Shown one piece after another: positions 25,283 through 35,606 of a DNA stretch of 38,365 nt (the stretch's first letter is position 1; every line of letters starts with the position of its first letter). This stretch comes from a virus (lineage: Duplodnaviria; Heunggongvirae; Uroviricota; Caudoviricetes). The stretch covers positions 1 through 38,365 of IMG/VR virus record IMGVR_UViG_2778261245_000001. The stretch is one strand, 5' to 3'. Both the position numbers and the translations under genes were made by a program. Under the pieces are notes generated by a model. It saw nothing but the letters and a program-made list of their open reading frames with translations, made no database searches and was not told the DNA's origin.

Positions 25283-27107
25283 ATTTGAGCTTAAGGCGTT
25301 GATCACCGGTGTCGACAGGCTTTCTCCCGCGCTGTCGAAAATGCAAAAGAAAATCCGGGGATTTAAACGCCAGGCGGAAGAAGCGTCACAGGGTGGGCTG
25401 GCGCTTGGTGGAGGACTGGCAGCGGGGCTGACGCTTTCCCTGAAATCTTATGCCGATCAGGAAAACGCCGCTACCGGGCTGAAAGTCGCCATGATGGATG
25501 CGAACGGCGAGGTTGGAAAGAGCTTTCAGGACATCAATAAACTGGCTATTGGCCTGGGTAACCAGCTACCCGGTACAACGGCTGATTTCCAGAACATGAT
25601 GCAGATGCTGGTGCGTCAGGGGATCCCGGCAGAAAACATTCTGGGTGGTGTGGGTAAAGCGACAGCTTATCTTGCGGTACAACTGAAAAAAACACCGGAA
25701 GCGGCTGCTGAGTTTGCTGCAAAGATGCAGGATGCTACCGGAACGGCGTCAGAAGACATGATGGGGCTGTTCGACACTATCCAGAAGGCGTTTTATCTGG
25801 GCGTTGACGATACCAACATGTTGTCCTTCTTCACTAAAACCAGTTCTGTTCTGAAGATGGTGAACAAGGACGGTCTTCAGGCTGCACAGAGCCTTGCCCC
25901 CATCAGCGTCATGATGGATCAGATGGGGATGAACGGGGAGTCGGCAGGTAATGCCCTGCGAAAAGTTATCCAGTCCGGATTAAGTGTTAAGAAAATCAGG
26001 GACGTCAATAAAGTCATGGCCCGCCAGAAACTCGGGGTACAGCTCGATTTTACTGACGGCAAAGGAAGTTTTGGCGGTCTTGATAACATGTTCAGGCAAC
26101 TGGCAAAGTTGCGAAAACTGACCGACGTTAAGCGAACAGGCGTACTTAAGGCAATATTTGGTGATGATGCCGAAACCCTTCAGGTGGTCAATGTCCTGAT
26201 CGATAAAGGAAAGGATGGCTACGATCAGATCCAGCAGAAGATGAATAAACAGGCCAGCCTGAATAAACGTGTTCAGGCTCAGCTTGGTACGCTGTCCAAC
26301 CTGTGGGAGGCAATGACGGGGACCGCAACTAACGGTCTTGCAGCTATTGGCGGAGCATTTTCTGGTGACGCTAAAAATATCACGCAATGGCTGGGGGAGT
26401 TGGGGGAAAAATTCACGAAGTTTGCGGATGAAAATCCCCGGGTTATTCGCGGCGTCGTCGGGCTTGCTGCCGGTCTTGCGATTCTGAAACTGGGATTGAT
26501 GGGCGTTGGCGGTGCCATCAGTATTGTCAGCAGGATCATGTCGATGACGCCGATTGGCATGATTGCGACGGCGATAGCCCTGGCTGCGGGATTAATTATC
26601 ACTAACTGGGATGTTGTCGGACCTTATTTTAAGAAACTCTGGGAAACCATTGGTCCTTATTTTGAGGCTGGCTGGGAACTCCTTAAGAAAGTTTTTGCCT
26701 GGTCGCCGCTGGGGATGGTGATCAATAACTGGGGGCCGGTTGTTAAGTGGTTTCAGGATATGTGGGACAAGCTGAAGCCAATTATTGAGTGGTTTACCGA
26801 CAGTTCCGGTGACACGGTCGATGCCATTAACTCTGCGCAGTGGGGCGCGGGTGCTTATGATGCTTATGGGACGGGAATACCGACGCGGGGATACACACCT
26901 TATCCGGCGGTGGATCCGGCTCAGTCAAACAACGCCTCCGATGCCACAGGCCCGAATCCCTTCATGATTAACAAAGCTATCGCGCCAAAAGTTGATGGCG
27001 AGATCAAGGTTTCATTTATGAATATGCCACCAGGTATGCGGGTTACGGAAACACGTTCCAGTGGCATTGATATTAATCACGATGTTGGGTACACCAGATT
27101 TAGGTAA
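25275..27107 (+). CDS. Tail tape measure protein
   Basis: 610 aa, coiled-coil rich with glycine-rich hydrophobic segment; position after chaperones. Confidence 0.85.
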   Translation: MAEFELKALITGVDRLSPALSKMQKKIRGFKRQAEEASQGGLALGGGLAAGLTLSLKSYADQENAATGLKVAMMDANGEVGKSFQDINKLAIGLGNQLPGTTADFQNMMQMLVRQGIPAENILGGVGKATAYLAVQLKKTPEAAAEFAAKMQDATGTASEDMMGLFDTIQKAFYLGVDDTNMLSFFTKTSSVLKMVNKDGLQAAQSLAPISVMMDQMGMNGESAGNALRKVIQSGLSVKKIRDVNKVMARQKLGVQLDFTDGKGSFGGLDNMFRQLAKLRKLTDVKRTGVLKAIFGDDAETLQVVNVLIDKGKDGYDQIQQKMNKQASLNKRVQAQLGTLSNLWEAMTGTATNGLAAIGGAFSGDAKNITQWLGELGEKFTKFADENPRVIRGVVGLAAGLAILKLGLMGVGGAISIVSRIMSMTPIGMIATAIALAAGLIITNWDVVGPYFKKLWETIGPYFEAGWELLKKVFAWSPLGMVINNWGPVVKWFQDMWDKLKPIIEWFTDSSGDTVDAINSAQWGAGAYDAYGTGIPTRGYTPYPAVDPAQSNNASDATGPNPFMINKAIAPKVDGEIKVSFMNMPPGMRVTETRSSGIDINHDVGYTRFR

Positions 27108-27114
27108 AGACGAA

Positions 27115-27136
27115 CAGGGAGGGCCGTCCCTCCCTG
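27115..27136. terminator. GC-rich hairpin between convergent tape-measure and opposite-strand accessory gene
   Basis: Perfect 9-bp stem CAGGGAGGG / CCCTCCCTG with 4-nt loop; no strong T-tract on either side. Confidence 0.4.
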
Positions 27137-27139
27137 AAC

Positions 27140-27586
27140 TTACTGTGCGAACACGCAATTTCGGCCTGATGGGGAGCCGACAATTCTGGACATTTTTTCG
27201 CAAATAACAGTTACTTGTTCTCCTTTTTTAAGAGCAGCAGCTGTTGATTTTTCAGAGTCTTGCATCTCCATTCTTGCTGGCATGAATTCATTTTCAGTTC
27301 TGAATTTAATAATTATAGAGTCAGTAAAGTCCTTATCAATGGATTGTACGATACCTCTAACGGCGATTAATTTACCTTTTAACTGTTCATCGGTAGCGAC
27401 TTCATTTTCTTCATACTCTTTAAACAGCTGTCGAGCAGTAGTGTTGTAGATTTCTTTTTGCGGTGCCGCAGCTTCCGTATCGGATGAGTATGAAGAATTA
27501 GAGCCTTTATCGTTATTGCCTGCAAAATATCCAATAATCACCAACCCGATGAAAATATATAAAATCCATTTTAATAATTTCTTCAT
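27140..27586 (-). CDS. Membrane-anchored or secreted OB-fold protein (tRNA_anti-like family), accessory gene on opposite strand
   Basis: 148 aa, AT-rich; N-terminal hydrophobic helix KWILYIFIGLVIIGYFAG; motif YEENEVATDEQLKGKLIAVRGIVQSIDKD...KKGEQVTVICE fits the OB-fold pattern of that family as recalled. Confidence 0.55.
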   Translation of the reverse strand: MKKLLKWILYIFIGLVIIGYFAGNNDKGSNSSYSSDTEAAAPQKEIYNTTARQLFKEYEENEVATDEQLKGKLIAVRGIVQSIDKDFTDSIIIKFRTENEFMPARMEMQDSEKSTAAALKKGEQVTVICEKMSRIVGSPSGRNCVFAQ

Positions 27587-27696
27587 GTTATCACCTTAAT
27601 GCTAATAATTTATATAGTTACAAATGGTAATGGCTACCACTACAAATTATGGCATTACCAGTAAATATTACTACTGATAATAAATATGGGACTTAT

Positions 27697-29025
27697 ATGA
27701 CGTGGAAAGACAGGCTTCAGGATGCGTCATTTCGCAGCGTGCCGTTTAAGGTTGAAGAAGAAAGTGCGGGAACCGGTCGCCGTGTGGAAACACATGAATA
27801 CCCGAACCGCGACAAGCCCTATACCGAAGATCTGGGAAAAGTCACTTTCCGCCCGTCCATCACAGCTTATGTGGTGGGAGATGACTGCTTTGACCAGCGC
27901 GATCGCCTGATTGAAGCGCTGAATAAACCCGGTCCCGGCACACTTGTCCACCCGACATATGGTGAGCTGAAAGTCTGTGTTGACGGGGAAGTTCGGGTCA
28001 GCACATCGAAAAGTGAAGGGCGTATTGTCCGCTTTGACCTGAAGTTTGTCGAAGCAGGAGAACTCTCTTACCCCACATCAGGTGCGGCGACGGCGCAGAC
28101 GCTGATGTCATCCTGTTCTGCACTGGATGACTGCATCAGTGACAGCTTCAGCGGTTTCAGTATCGATGGTGTGGCGGATTTCGTGCAGAACGACGTTATC
28201 GGTAATGCCAGCACAATGCTTGGGTATGTTTCTGATGCGATGAAAGTGGTGGATTCTGCCGTATCGGATGCCGCCAGGCTGTTGCAGGGGGATATCTCGG
28301 TACTTCTGCCGCCGCCATCCTCAGGCAAAAATTTCGTTGAGCAGGTGCAGAAAATGTGGCGTACCGGGAAACGCCTTTATGGTAACGCCAGCGACCTGGT
28401 CACCATGATCAAAACGCTTTCCGGTGTCAGCCTCGGCAGCGATCTGCAACCGCGCGGCGTCTGGAAAACGGACAGTAAAACCACCGCCACGGCGACGCAG
28501 CAGCGTAACGTGGTTGCCAGCACCCTTCGTACGACCGCAATCAGCGAAGCGGCGTATGCCGTCACCCGATTGCCTGCGCCAACAACTTCCGCGGTGATGC
28601 AGAATTCCGCAGTGGGGCAGGCAACAACACCCGCGCAGAGCACTGGCTGGCCTTCCGTCACGCATCCGGCACTGAACAATGCACCGGCGGTGAAAAACAC
28701 GGTTGACCTGCCAACGTGGGAAGAACTGACCGACATTCGCGACACACTGAATACGGCAATTGATAAGGAGTTGTCCCGTACAACCAGTGATGCGCTGTTT
28801 CTGGCGCTGCGCCGGGTGAAAGCAGATCTGAATGCGGATATCAACACGCGCCTTGAACAGTCTGCACGGATCATTCAGCGCACACCGGATGAGGTTTTAC
28901 CCGCGCTGGTGCTGGCGGCGACCTGGTTTGATAACGCGGCGCGTGACGCGGACATTATCCGGCGTAATGCCATTACGCATCCCGGCTTTGTGCCGGTGAT
29001 CCCTCTGAAGGTGCCAGTGCAATGA
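27697..29025 (+). CDS. Mu gpN-like DNA circularisation / tail protein
   Basis: About 442 aa from ATG 27697; first gene after tape measure in Mu-type baseplate block. Confidence 0.75.
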   Translation: MTWKDRLQDASFRSVPFKVEEESAGTGRRVETHEYPNRDKPYTEDLGKVTFRPSITAYVVGDDCFDQRDRLIEALNKPGPGTLVHPTYGELKVCVDGEVRVSTSKSEGRIVRFDLKFVEAGELSYPTSGAATAQTLMSSCSALDDCISDSFSGFSIDGVADFVQNDVIGNASTMLGYVSDAMKVVDSAVSDAARLLQGDISVLLPPPSSGKNFVEQVQKMWRTGKRLYGNASDLVTMIKTLSGVSLGSDLQPRGVWKTDSKTTATATQQRNVVASTLRTTAISEAAYAVTRLPAPTTSAVMQNSAVGQATTPAQSTGWPSVTHPALNNAPAVKNTVDLPTWEELTDIRDTLNTAIDKELSRTTSDALFLALRRVKADLNADINTRLEQSARIIQRTPDEVLPALVLAATWFDNAARDADIIRRNAITHPGFVPVIPLKVPVQ

Positions 29026-30101
29026 ACGACAATGTCACGCTACGGGTAAATGGCCGGGAGTGGAATGGCTGGACATCGGTGCGCATCGGTGCCGGTATTG
29101 AACGGCTGGCGCGGGATTTCAGTGTGGAGATCACTCGCCAGTGGCCGGGAGATGAGGGTATCACCACGCTTCAGCCGCGCATTAAAAACGGTTCAAAAGT
29201 GGAAGTGCTGATTGGTGATGAGCTGGTGATCACCGGCTGGGTGGAGGCGACTCCCGTTCGTTACGATGCCCGTTCGGTCAGCACCGGTATTGCCGGACGT
29301 AGTCTGACGGCTGACCTGATTGACTGTGCAGCCGAACCGACACAGTTTAACGGACGCTCGCTGGTGCAGATTGCGCAGGCGCTTGCTGCGCCTTTCGGCA
29401 TTGAGGTGGTGAACAGCGGTGCGCCATCGGGTGTTATTCCTGATGTTCAGCCTGATCACGGTGAAACGGTGATTGAGGTAATCAACAAAATACTCGGTCA
29501 GCAGCAGGCGCTGGCTTACGACGACCCGCACGGCAGGCTGGTGATTGGCGGTATTGGCTCAACGCGGGCACATACCGTGCTGGTACTTGGGGAAAACATC
29601 CTTTCCTGTGATACGGAGAAGAGTATCCGGGAGCGGTTTTCTGTTTACCAGGTGGCGGGGCAGCGTGCCGGAAACGACGATGATTTCGGTGAGGCCACCA
29701 CCACCGCGCTGCGGGCCCGCACAGAGGACGCATTTATTGCCCGTTACCGTCCGATGTATATCAGGCAGACAGGGCAGGCCACGGGGGCAGGTTGTATTGC
29801 GCGTGCTGACTTTGAAGCCCGACAACGGGCGGCGCGGACGGATGAAACCACCTATGTGGTGCAGGGCTGGCGACAGGGTAACGGTACGCTGTGGCAGCCC
29901 AACCAGCGGGTGATTGTCTTCGATCCGGTCTGTGGTTTCGACAATACCGAACTGCTTGTCTCGGAAGTCACGTTTACTCAGTACCAGAACGGCACCCTGA
30001 CGGAAATCCGTGTCGGCCCACCTGATGCTTATCTGCCTGAACCCGAAGCCCCCGGCGCGCGGAAAAAGAAAAAAGCCAGAGTACAGGAGGACCCGTTCTG
30101 A
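29022..30101 (+). CDS. Mu gpP-like baseplate hub protein
   Basis: 359 aa, position in Mu-type order. Confidence 0.75.
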   Translation: MNDNVTLRVNGREWNGWTSVRIGAGIERLARDFSVEITRQWPGDEGITTLQPRIKNGSKVEVLIGDELVITGWVEATPVRYDARSVSTGIAGRSLTADLIDCAAEPTQFNGRSLVQIAQALAAPFGIEVVNSGAPSGVIPDVQPDHGETVIEVINKILGQQQALAYDDPHGRLVIGGIGSTRAHTVLVLGENILSCDTEKSIRERFSVYQVAGQRAGNDDDFGEATTTALRARTEDAFIARYRPMYIRQTGQATGAGCIARADFEARQRAARTDETTYVVQGWRQGNGTLWQPNQRVIVFDPVCGFDNTELLVSEVTFTQYQNGTLTEIRVGPPDAYLPEPEAPGARKKKKARVQEDPF

Positions 30102-30649
30102 TGAGGACGATTGAAGCCATGCAGCGACAACTCCTCGGCCTGATTGGGCGGGCCGTGGTGAAAAGCATCAGTGCCGCCACGAAATGTCAGACCGTGGATG
30201 TGTCCCTGATTGCCGGTGAACCCAAAGCCGGGGTTGAACATCTTGAACCCTACGGTTTTACCGCAAGGGCAAACAGCGGTGCGGAAGCGGTGGTGTTGTT
30301 TCCGGATGGAGACCGTTCTCATGCGGTGGTTGTTACGGTGTCGGACCGTCGCTACCGCCTGAAAGGGCTGCAGACTGGGGAGGTGGCTGTCTATGACGAT
30401 CAGGGGCAGTCCGTGACGCTGACCCGGGAGGGGATCGTGGTGGACGGTGCAGGTAAAACGATCACGTTTCGCAATGCGCCTAAGGCACGTTTTGAAATGG
30501 ACCTGGAAGTGACAGGACAGGTGAAAGACCTGTGCGACTCCAGCGGCACCACCATGTCAGCGATGCGGCTTGCCTATAACGGGCATCGTCACAGAGAGAA
30601 CGGTCAGGGCAGTAACACCGACAAACCTGATAAAGCGATGGAGGCATGA
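30101..30649 (+). CDS. Baseplate spike/assembly protein (Mu gp45-like, V-type)
   Basis: 182 aa, position in Mu-type order. Confidence 0.65.
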   Translation: MRTIEAMQRQLLGLIGRAVVKSISAATKCQTVDVSLIAGEPKAGVEHLEPYGFTARANSGAEAVVLFPDGDRSHAVVVTVSDRRYRLKGLQTGEVAVYDDQGQSVTLTREGIVVDGAGKTITFRNAPKARFEMDLEVTGQVKDLCDSSGTTMSAMRLAYNGHRHRENGQGSNTDKPDKAMEA

Positions 30650-31074
30650 TGGAACTGTGGCTGACGGTGAACGGTAAACGCACCTGCGCCAGCGCACCGC
30701 TGGATCCGCTGACCCGCGCCGTGGTGATTTCCCTGTTTACCTGGCGGCGGGCGGAGCCTGATGACAACGCCGGCGTCCCGATGGGATGGTGGGGGGATAC
30801 CTGGCCTGCGGTACAGAATGACCGTTACGGCTCCCGACTGTGGCTGCTTCAGCGCAGCAAACTGACCAATCAGCTGGTGCAGACGGTAAGGGGGTATATC
30901 CGCGAATGCCTGCAATGGATGATTGATGATGGCGTGGTGTCCCGTATTGATCTGGATATCCGCCGCACCGGGATTAATGAACTGGGTAACAGTATCACTC
31001 TCTGGCGTCGTGACGGACCGGTAATGATTTCTTTTGATGATCTGTGGAGTGCGATAACGCATGGCGGACAGTGA
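30646..31074 (+). CDS. Mu gp46-like baseplate protein
   Basis: 142 aa, position in Mu-type order. Confidence 0.65.
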   Translation: MMELWLTVNGKRTCASAPLDPLTRAVVISLFTWRRAEPDDNAGVPMGWWGDTWPAVQNDRYGSRLWLLQRSKLTNQLVQTVRGYIRECLQWMIDDGVVSRIDLDIRRTGINELGNSITLWRRDGPVMISFDDLWSAITHGGQ

Positions 31075-32119
31075 ATTTCAGCGCCCGACGCTGGCAGAAA
31101 ATATCAGTATGCTCCGTAACGATTTATTCGCCTGGCTGGACGTCAGCGACACGCTCCGGCGCATGGATGAAGACGTGCGGGCAAAGGTGTATGCGGCGGC
31201 GCTGCATACGGTTTACGGGTACATCGATTATCTGGCAATGAACATGCTGCCTGACTTGTGCGATGAGTCCTGGCTGGCGCGACATGCTGCGATGAAACGA
31301 TGTCCGCGCAAGGGGGCCACGGCTGCCAGCGGGTATATGCGCTGGGAAGGTGTCAGCGATGGCCTGAAGGTGACCGCCGGGAGTGTTATTCAGCGCGATG
31401 ACCTGGTGCAGTACACGGCAACTGCCGATGCAACCAGCTCCGGTGGTGTCCTGCGCGTGCCGATCGCCTGCTCAAGTGCAGGCGCGGTCGGTAACGCTGA
31501 CGACGGTACGTCATTAATCCTGGTCACGCCGGTGAATGGTCTGCCGTCTTCCGGCGTGGCAGATACACTGACAGGTGGATTTGATACTGAAGAGCTGGAA
31601 ACGTGGCGCGCCCGCGTCATTGAGCGGTATTACTGGACGCCTCAGGGCGGGGCTGACGGGGACTATGTCGTCTGGGCTAAAGAAGTTCCCGGCATTACCC
31701 GCGCATGGACATACCGACACTGGATGGGAACGGGGACTGTCGGTGTGATGATTGCCAGCAGCGACCTGATTAATCCCATTCCGGAAGAATCAACGGAAAC
31801 GGCGGCAAGGCTGCATATCGAGCCACTGGCCCCGGTGGCAGGCTCTGATTTGTATGTGTTCAGGCCGGTGGCACATACGGTGGATTTTCATATCCGTGTG
31901 ACGCCGGACACACCGGAAATACGGGCTGCCATCACCGCGGAGTTGCGTTCGTTCCTGCTGCGTGATGGTTATCCGCAGGGGGAACTGAAGGTATCGCGTA
32001 TCAGTGAGGCGATTTCCGGAGCGAACGGGGAATACAGCCATCAGTTGCTTGCACCGGCAGACAATATCTCCATTGCAAAAAATGAACTGGCGGTACTGGG
32101 GACGATTTCATGGACGTGA
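31061..32119 (+). CDS. Baseplate J-like protein (Mu gp47-like)
   Basis: 352 aa, position in Mu-type order. Confidence 0.75.
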   Translation: MADSEFQRPTLAENISMLRNDLFAWLDVSDTLRRMDEDVRAKVYAAALHTVYGYIDYLAMNMLPDLCDESWLARHAAMKRCPRKGATAASGYMRWEGVSDGLKVTAGSVIQRDDLVQYTATADATSSGGVLRVPIACSSAGAVGNADDGTSLILVTPVNGLPSSGVADTLTGGFDTEELETWRARVIERYYWTPQGGADGDYVVWAKEVPGITRAWTYRHWMGTGTVGVMIASSDLINPIPEESTETAARLHIEPLAPVAGSDLYVFRPVAHTVDFHIRVTPDTPEIRAAITAELRSFLLRDGYPQGELKVSRISEAISGANGEYSHQLLAPADNISIAKNELAVLGTISWT

Positions 32120-32694
32120 CAAACGATGATTACATCCGTCTGTTGTCGGCACTGTTGCCCCCCGGTCCGGCGTGGTCAGCCAGCGATCCGGCGATTGCCG
32201 GTGCGGCACCGTCATTAACCCGCGTTCATCAGCGTGCGGATGCCCTGATGCGGGAGCTGGATCCGCGCACCACCACTGAACTGATAAACCGCTGGGAGCG
32301 TCTGTGCGGTCTGCCGGATGAATGTATTCCCGCAGGGACACAGACCCTTCGCCAGCGTCAGCAACGGCTGGATGCGAAGGTTAACCTGGCGGGCGGCATC
32401 AACGAGAATTTTTATCTTGCACAGCTTGCTGCCCTGGGCAGACCAGACGCTACCATCACGCGATACGACAAAAGCACGTTCACCTGCTCATCGGCCTGTA
32501 CTGACGCGGTGAATGCGCCGGAATGGCGGTATTACTGGCAGGTCAACATGCCAGCCGCCACAAACACCACCTGGATGACATGTGGCGATCCCTGTGATTC
32601 CGCGCTGCGTATCTGGGGCGACACCGTTGTCGAATGTGTGCTTAACAAACTCTGCCCGTCGCATACCTACGTAATTTTTAAATATCCGGAGTAA
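32110..32694 (+). CDS. Mu gp48-like tail protein (DUF2313, e14 YmfQ-like)
   Basis: 194 aa directly upstream of tail fibre gene, as ymfQ in e14. Confidence 0.7.
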   Translation: MDVTNDDYIRLLSALLPPGPAWSASDPAIAGAAPSLTRVHQRADALMRELDPRTTTELINRWERLCGLPDECIPAGTQTLRQRQQRLDAKVNLAGGINENFYLAQLAALGRPDATITRYDKSTFTCSSACTDAVNAPEWRYYWQVNMPAATNTTWMTCGDPCDSALRIWGDTVVECVLNKLCPSHTYVIFKYPE

Positions 32695-32697
32695 TCC

Positions 32698-33468
32698 ATG
32701 CATCGTATAGACACGAAAACCGCGCAGAAGGATAAGTTCGGCGCGGGTAAGAACGGTTTTACCCGTGGTAACCCCCAGACTGGCACACCTGCCACCGATC
32801 TCGATGATGACTACTTTGATATGTTGCAGGAGGAGCTTTGCAGCGTGGTGGAGGCATCCGGTGCCAGCCTGGAGAAGGGGCGAAACGACCAGTTGCTTAC
32901 CGCGCTTCGTGCTCTGCTGTTAAGCCGCAAGAATCCGTTTGGTGATATCAAATCGGATGGCACGGTGAAAACGGCTCTCGAAAACCTTGGTTTGGGAGAA
33001 GGCTCTGCATTACCTGTTGGTGTGCCTGTTCCATGGCCTTCAGCCACACCGCCAACAGGCTGGCTGAAATGCAACGGTGCGGCATTTTCTGCTGAAGAAT
33101 ACCCGGAACTGGCAAAGGCTTATCCAACAAATAAATTACCTGATTTACGCGGTGAGTTTATTCGTGGCTGGGATGACGGGCGCGGTATTGATGCAGGACG
33201 TGTTTTATTGAGCATTCAGACAGGGATGCTGGAAAAACACCGCCATATTGTTGTTGCAAATGATGGTTACGACACAAAAGATGAATGGGAACTGGCTACG
33301 ATTTTCAAAAAGACATACACACAAGGACGGGGACTTGATGCCACAAATACAGGAGGGAGTCTGATCCCATCACCGACACTTCATTCACGAGGGAGTATCG
33401 GTAATACTGGCGGGAATGAAACCCGTCCACGAAATATTGCATTTAATTTTATCGTGAGGGCTGCATAA
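32698..33468 (+). CDS. Tail fibre protein: constant N-terminal part fused to the currently expressed variable C-terminal part
   Basis: 256 aa; recombination crossover site lies inside the gene at about codons 93-101 (ALENLGLGE); glycine-rich C-terminal region. Confidence 0.75.
   Translation: MHRIDTKTAQKDKFGAGKNGFTRGNPQTGTPATDLDDDYFDMLQEELCSVVEASGASLEKGRNDQLLTALRALLLSRKNPFGDIKSDGTVKTALENLGLGEGSALPVGVPVPWPSATPPTGWLKCNGAAFSAEEYPELAKAYPTNKLPDLRGEFIRGWDDGRGIDAGRVLLSIQTGMLEKHRHIVVANDGYDTKDEWELATIFKKTYTQGRGLDATNTGGSLIPSPTLHSRGSIGNTGGNETRPRNIAFNFIVRAA
32975..33000. other. Left crossover site of the invertible segment (Hin/Gin/Pin-type 26-bp site)
   Basis: CTCTCGAAAACCTTGGTTTGGGAGAA, imperfect palindrome resembling hix/gix sites; its right half is repeated inverted at 34865-34879. 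Confidence 0.6.
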
Positions 33469-34070
33469 TGGATAACGCCGTATTAAATAGCGAGCTTATT
33501 GCCACGAAGGCGGGGAATATTACCGTCTATAACTATGATGGTAAAACTCGGGAATATATTTCCACTTCAAATGAATATCTTGCCATTGGTGTCGGTATCC
33601 CTGCATATTCCTGTTTAGATGCCCCTGGCACACATAAGGCGGGTTATGCTATCTGCCGTTCGATGGATTTAAACTCATGGGAATATGTGCCAGATCATCG
33701 CGGTGAAATTGTCTATAGCACCGAAACAGGAGAATCGAAAGAAATCACAGCTCCGGGTGATTATCCTGAAAATACAACCACTATCGCCCCGTTAACGCCA
33801 TACGATGAATGGAATGGTGAGAAATGGGTGACAGATACCGAGGCACAGCACGGCGCAGCAGTAGATGCAGCAGAAGCACAGCGCCAGTCGCTGATTGATA
33901 CTGCAATGGCCTCCATCAGTCTGATTCAACTGAAATTACAGGCCGGACGGAAGCTGACGCAGGCAGAAACAACCCGCCTTAACGCTGTGCTGGATTACAT
34001 TGACGCGGTGACGGCAACAGATACCAGCACAGCGCCGGATGTCATCTGGCCTGAATTGCCGGAGGCGTAG
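33468..34070 (+). CDS. Tail fibre assembly protein (chaperone) for the expressed fibre variant
   Basis: 200 aa; immediately follows fibre gene; C-terminal region similar to that of the opposite-strand paralog (TSTAPDVIWPELP vs TSGAPDIEWPTPP). Confidence 0.7.
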   Translation: MDNAVLNSELIATKAGNITVYNYDGKTREYISTSNEYLAIGVGIPAYSCLDAPGTHKAGYAICRSMDLNSWEYVPDHRGEIVYSTETGESKEITAPGDYPENTTTIAPLTPYDEWNGEKWVTDTEAQHGAAVDAAEAQRQSLIDTAMASISLIQLKLQAGRKLTQAETTRLNAVLDYIDAVTATDTSTAPDVIWPELPEA

Positions 34071-34494
34071 GCCATTCAATATCTGGCGCACCGGAAGTAT
34101 CGATCAGCTCCAGTGCGTCCAGATAATCCAGCCACAAATTATATTGCGCCAGTTCCTCACCTTTCAGACGACCAATAGCGGCTTTACCAGGCCATTGCTT
34201 ACCGTTCATGTATTCGTTAGCCTGGTTAATTAGTAGCTGTCTTTCTGATTCAGTAATTTCAATAAGCTCTTCATGAGTAGGTGGAGGAATATCTGCCCAC
34301 GCAGGTAGTCCATCCTCTCCGGCAATACGGACTTTTCCTTGTGGCGGTTCAGCCATAAACTCACTGACAATATTTTGATTCACCTCCTTAGCATCTGATA
34401 AATCCCATCCTACTGATTTATATTTATCAATCATATCCACAGGGAAAAAAGCATTATGCCTGGCACTATAAACATATTCGTTCATATAAATCAC
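34042..34494 (-). CDS. Alternative tail fibre assembly protein (opposite orientation)
   Basis: 150 aa; paralogous C-terminus to 33468-34070; convergent arrangement typical of invertible fibre cassettes. Confidence 0.7.
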   Translation of the reverse strand: MIYMNEYVYSARHNAFFPVDMIDKYKSVGWDLSDAKEVNQNIVSEFMAEPPQGKVRIAGEDGLPAWADIPPPTHEELIEITESERQLLINQANEYMNGKQWPGKAAIGRLKGEELAQYNLWLDYLDALELIDTSGAPDIEWPTPPAIQAR

Positions 34495-34505
34495 CCTGAA
34501 TAAAA

Positions 34506-34878
34506 TTACTCACCAACAGCCCACCAACTGTAATGCATAGATACCGTGTCACTGGTTGATGACGTTCTGTAAGCAGAATTAAAGCCGGTTAACGTAGGGC
34601 CTTCTGCAGTCATCACGAACCCTCGCCCAGCGCCTAAAGGCGCACCGCCATCACCAGAATGGGTAAGAATGGCGCAGTCCGCTTTTTTAGGGAAAGGGAT
34701 AGGAAATGTAATCCTCATTGTTTGCGTCGATAATTTCGGCATAGCCTCGCCTCGACCATATTGCAGAATTTTACCGTTGGGTAATTTCATCCATCCATCA
34801 CCACTGGCAAAAGAGGCCATGTCCGGTATCTGATTTTCCCCTGTCCCTACATCCCGTTTTGCCGCTTCTCCCAAACCA
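34506..34878 (-). CDS. Alternative variable tail-fibre C-terminal segment (promoterless; expressed only after inversion)
   Basis: Minus-strand ORF whose 5-prime end coincides with the right crossover site (encodes INVGLGE matching the ENLGLGE junction of the expressed fibre); the ORF-track N-terminal extension to 34919 lies outside the segment and is probably not real. Confidence 0.55.
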
Positions 34879-34891
34879 ACGTTTATGAAAA
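34866..34891. other. Right crossover site of the invertible segment
   Basis: Reverse complement reads ...CATAAACGTTGGTTTGGGAGAA, sharing the 15-nt block TTGGTTTGGGAGAAG with the left site in inverted orientation. Confidence 0.6.
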
Positions 34892-34945
34892 TGCAGAAAT
34901 AACGAGCAAATGGCATCATTCCTGCTTTTGTCAGGGGGATCTACC

Positions 34946-35500
34946 ATGCTTATTGGCTATGTACGCGTATCAACAAATGACCAGAACACAGATCTACAAC
35001 GTAATGCGCTGAACTGTGCAGGATGCGAGCTGATTTTTGAAGACAAGATAAGCGGTACAAAGTCCGAAAGGCCGGGACTGAAAAAACTGCTCAGGACATT
35101 ATCGGCAGGTGACACGCTGGTGGTCTGGAAACTGGACCGGCTGGGGCGCAGTATGCGGCATCTTGTCGTGCTGGTGGAGGAGTTGCGCGAACGAGGCATC
35201 AACTTTCGTAGTCTGACGGATTCAATTGATACCAGTACCCCAATGGGGCGCTTTTTCTTTCATGTGATGGGTGCCCTGGCTGAAATGGAGCGTGAACTGA
35301 TTGTTGAAAGAACAAAAGCTGGACTGGAAGCTGCTCGCGCACAGGGACGAATTGGTGGACGTCGTCCCAAACTTACACCAGAACAATGGGAACAGGCCGG
35401 ACGATTAATTGCATCAGGAGTTCCTCGCCAGAAGGTGGCGATTATCTATGATGTTGGTGTGTCAACTTTGTATAAGAGGTTTCCTGCAGGGGATAAATAA
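34946..35500 (+). CDS. pin: Serine DNA invertase (Hin/Gin/Pin family)
   Basis: 184 aa from ATG 34946 with AGGGGGA RBS; MLIGYVRVSTNDQNTDLQRNAL...DTLVVWKLDRLGRSMRHL...GRRPKLT is the resolvase/invertase catalytic and HTH signature; matches PinE as recalled. Confidence 0.9.
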   Translation: MLIGYVRVSTNDQNTDLQRNALNCAGCELIFEDKISGTKSERPGLKKLLRTLSAGDTLVVWKLDRLGRSMRHLVVLVEELRERGINFRSLTDSIDTSTPMGRFFFHVMGALAEMERELIVERTKAGLEAARAQGRIGGRRPKLTPEQWEQAGRLIASGVPRQKVAIIYDVGVSTLYKRFPAGDK

Positions 35501-35606
35501 AGTTAAAGACACTTTTTGTACAAAAGAGAATAAAACAACAGCAACTTGTTGCAATTTTATCAATAAAAGTAGTATTGTCGTGAAAAATTGATTAAAGATT
35601 AATATT

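Noticed and set aside
28321-28874. Minus-strand ORFs of 114 and 165 aa
   Set aside because: Antisense within the Mu N-like gene; GC-rich antisense frames commonly stay open.
30604-31062. 152-aa minus-strand ORF
   Set aside because: Antisense within baseplate genes gp46/gp47-like.
34879-34919. N-terminal 14 codons (MMPFARYFCIFINV) of the minus-strand fibre ORF
   Set aside because: Lie outside the invertible segment between the crossover site and the invertase gene; the segment is expressed only when fused to the constant fibre N-terminus after inversion.
35409-35591. 60-aa plus-strand ORF overlapping the 3-prime end of the invertase gene
   Set aside because: Alternative frame within pin and the AT-rich pin-mcrA spacer; no RBS.
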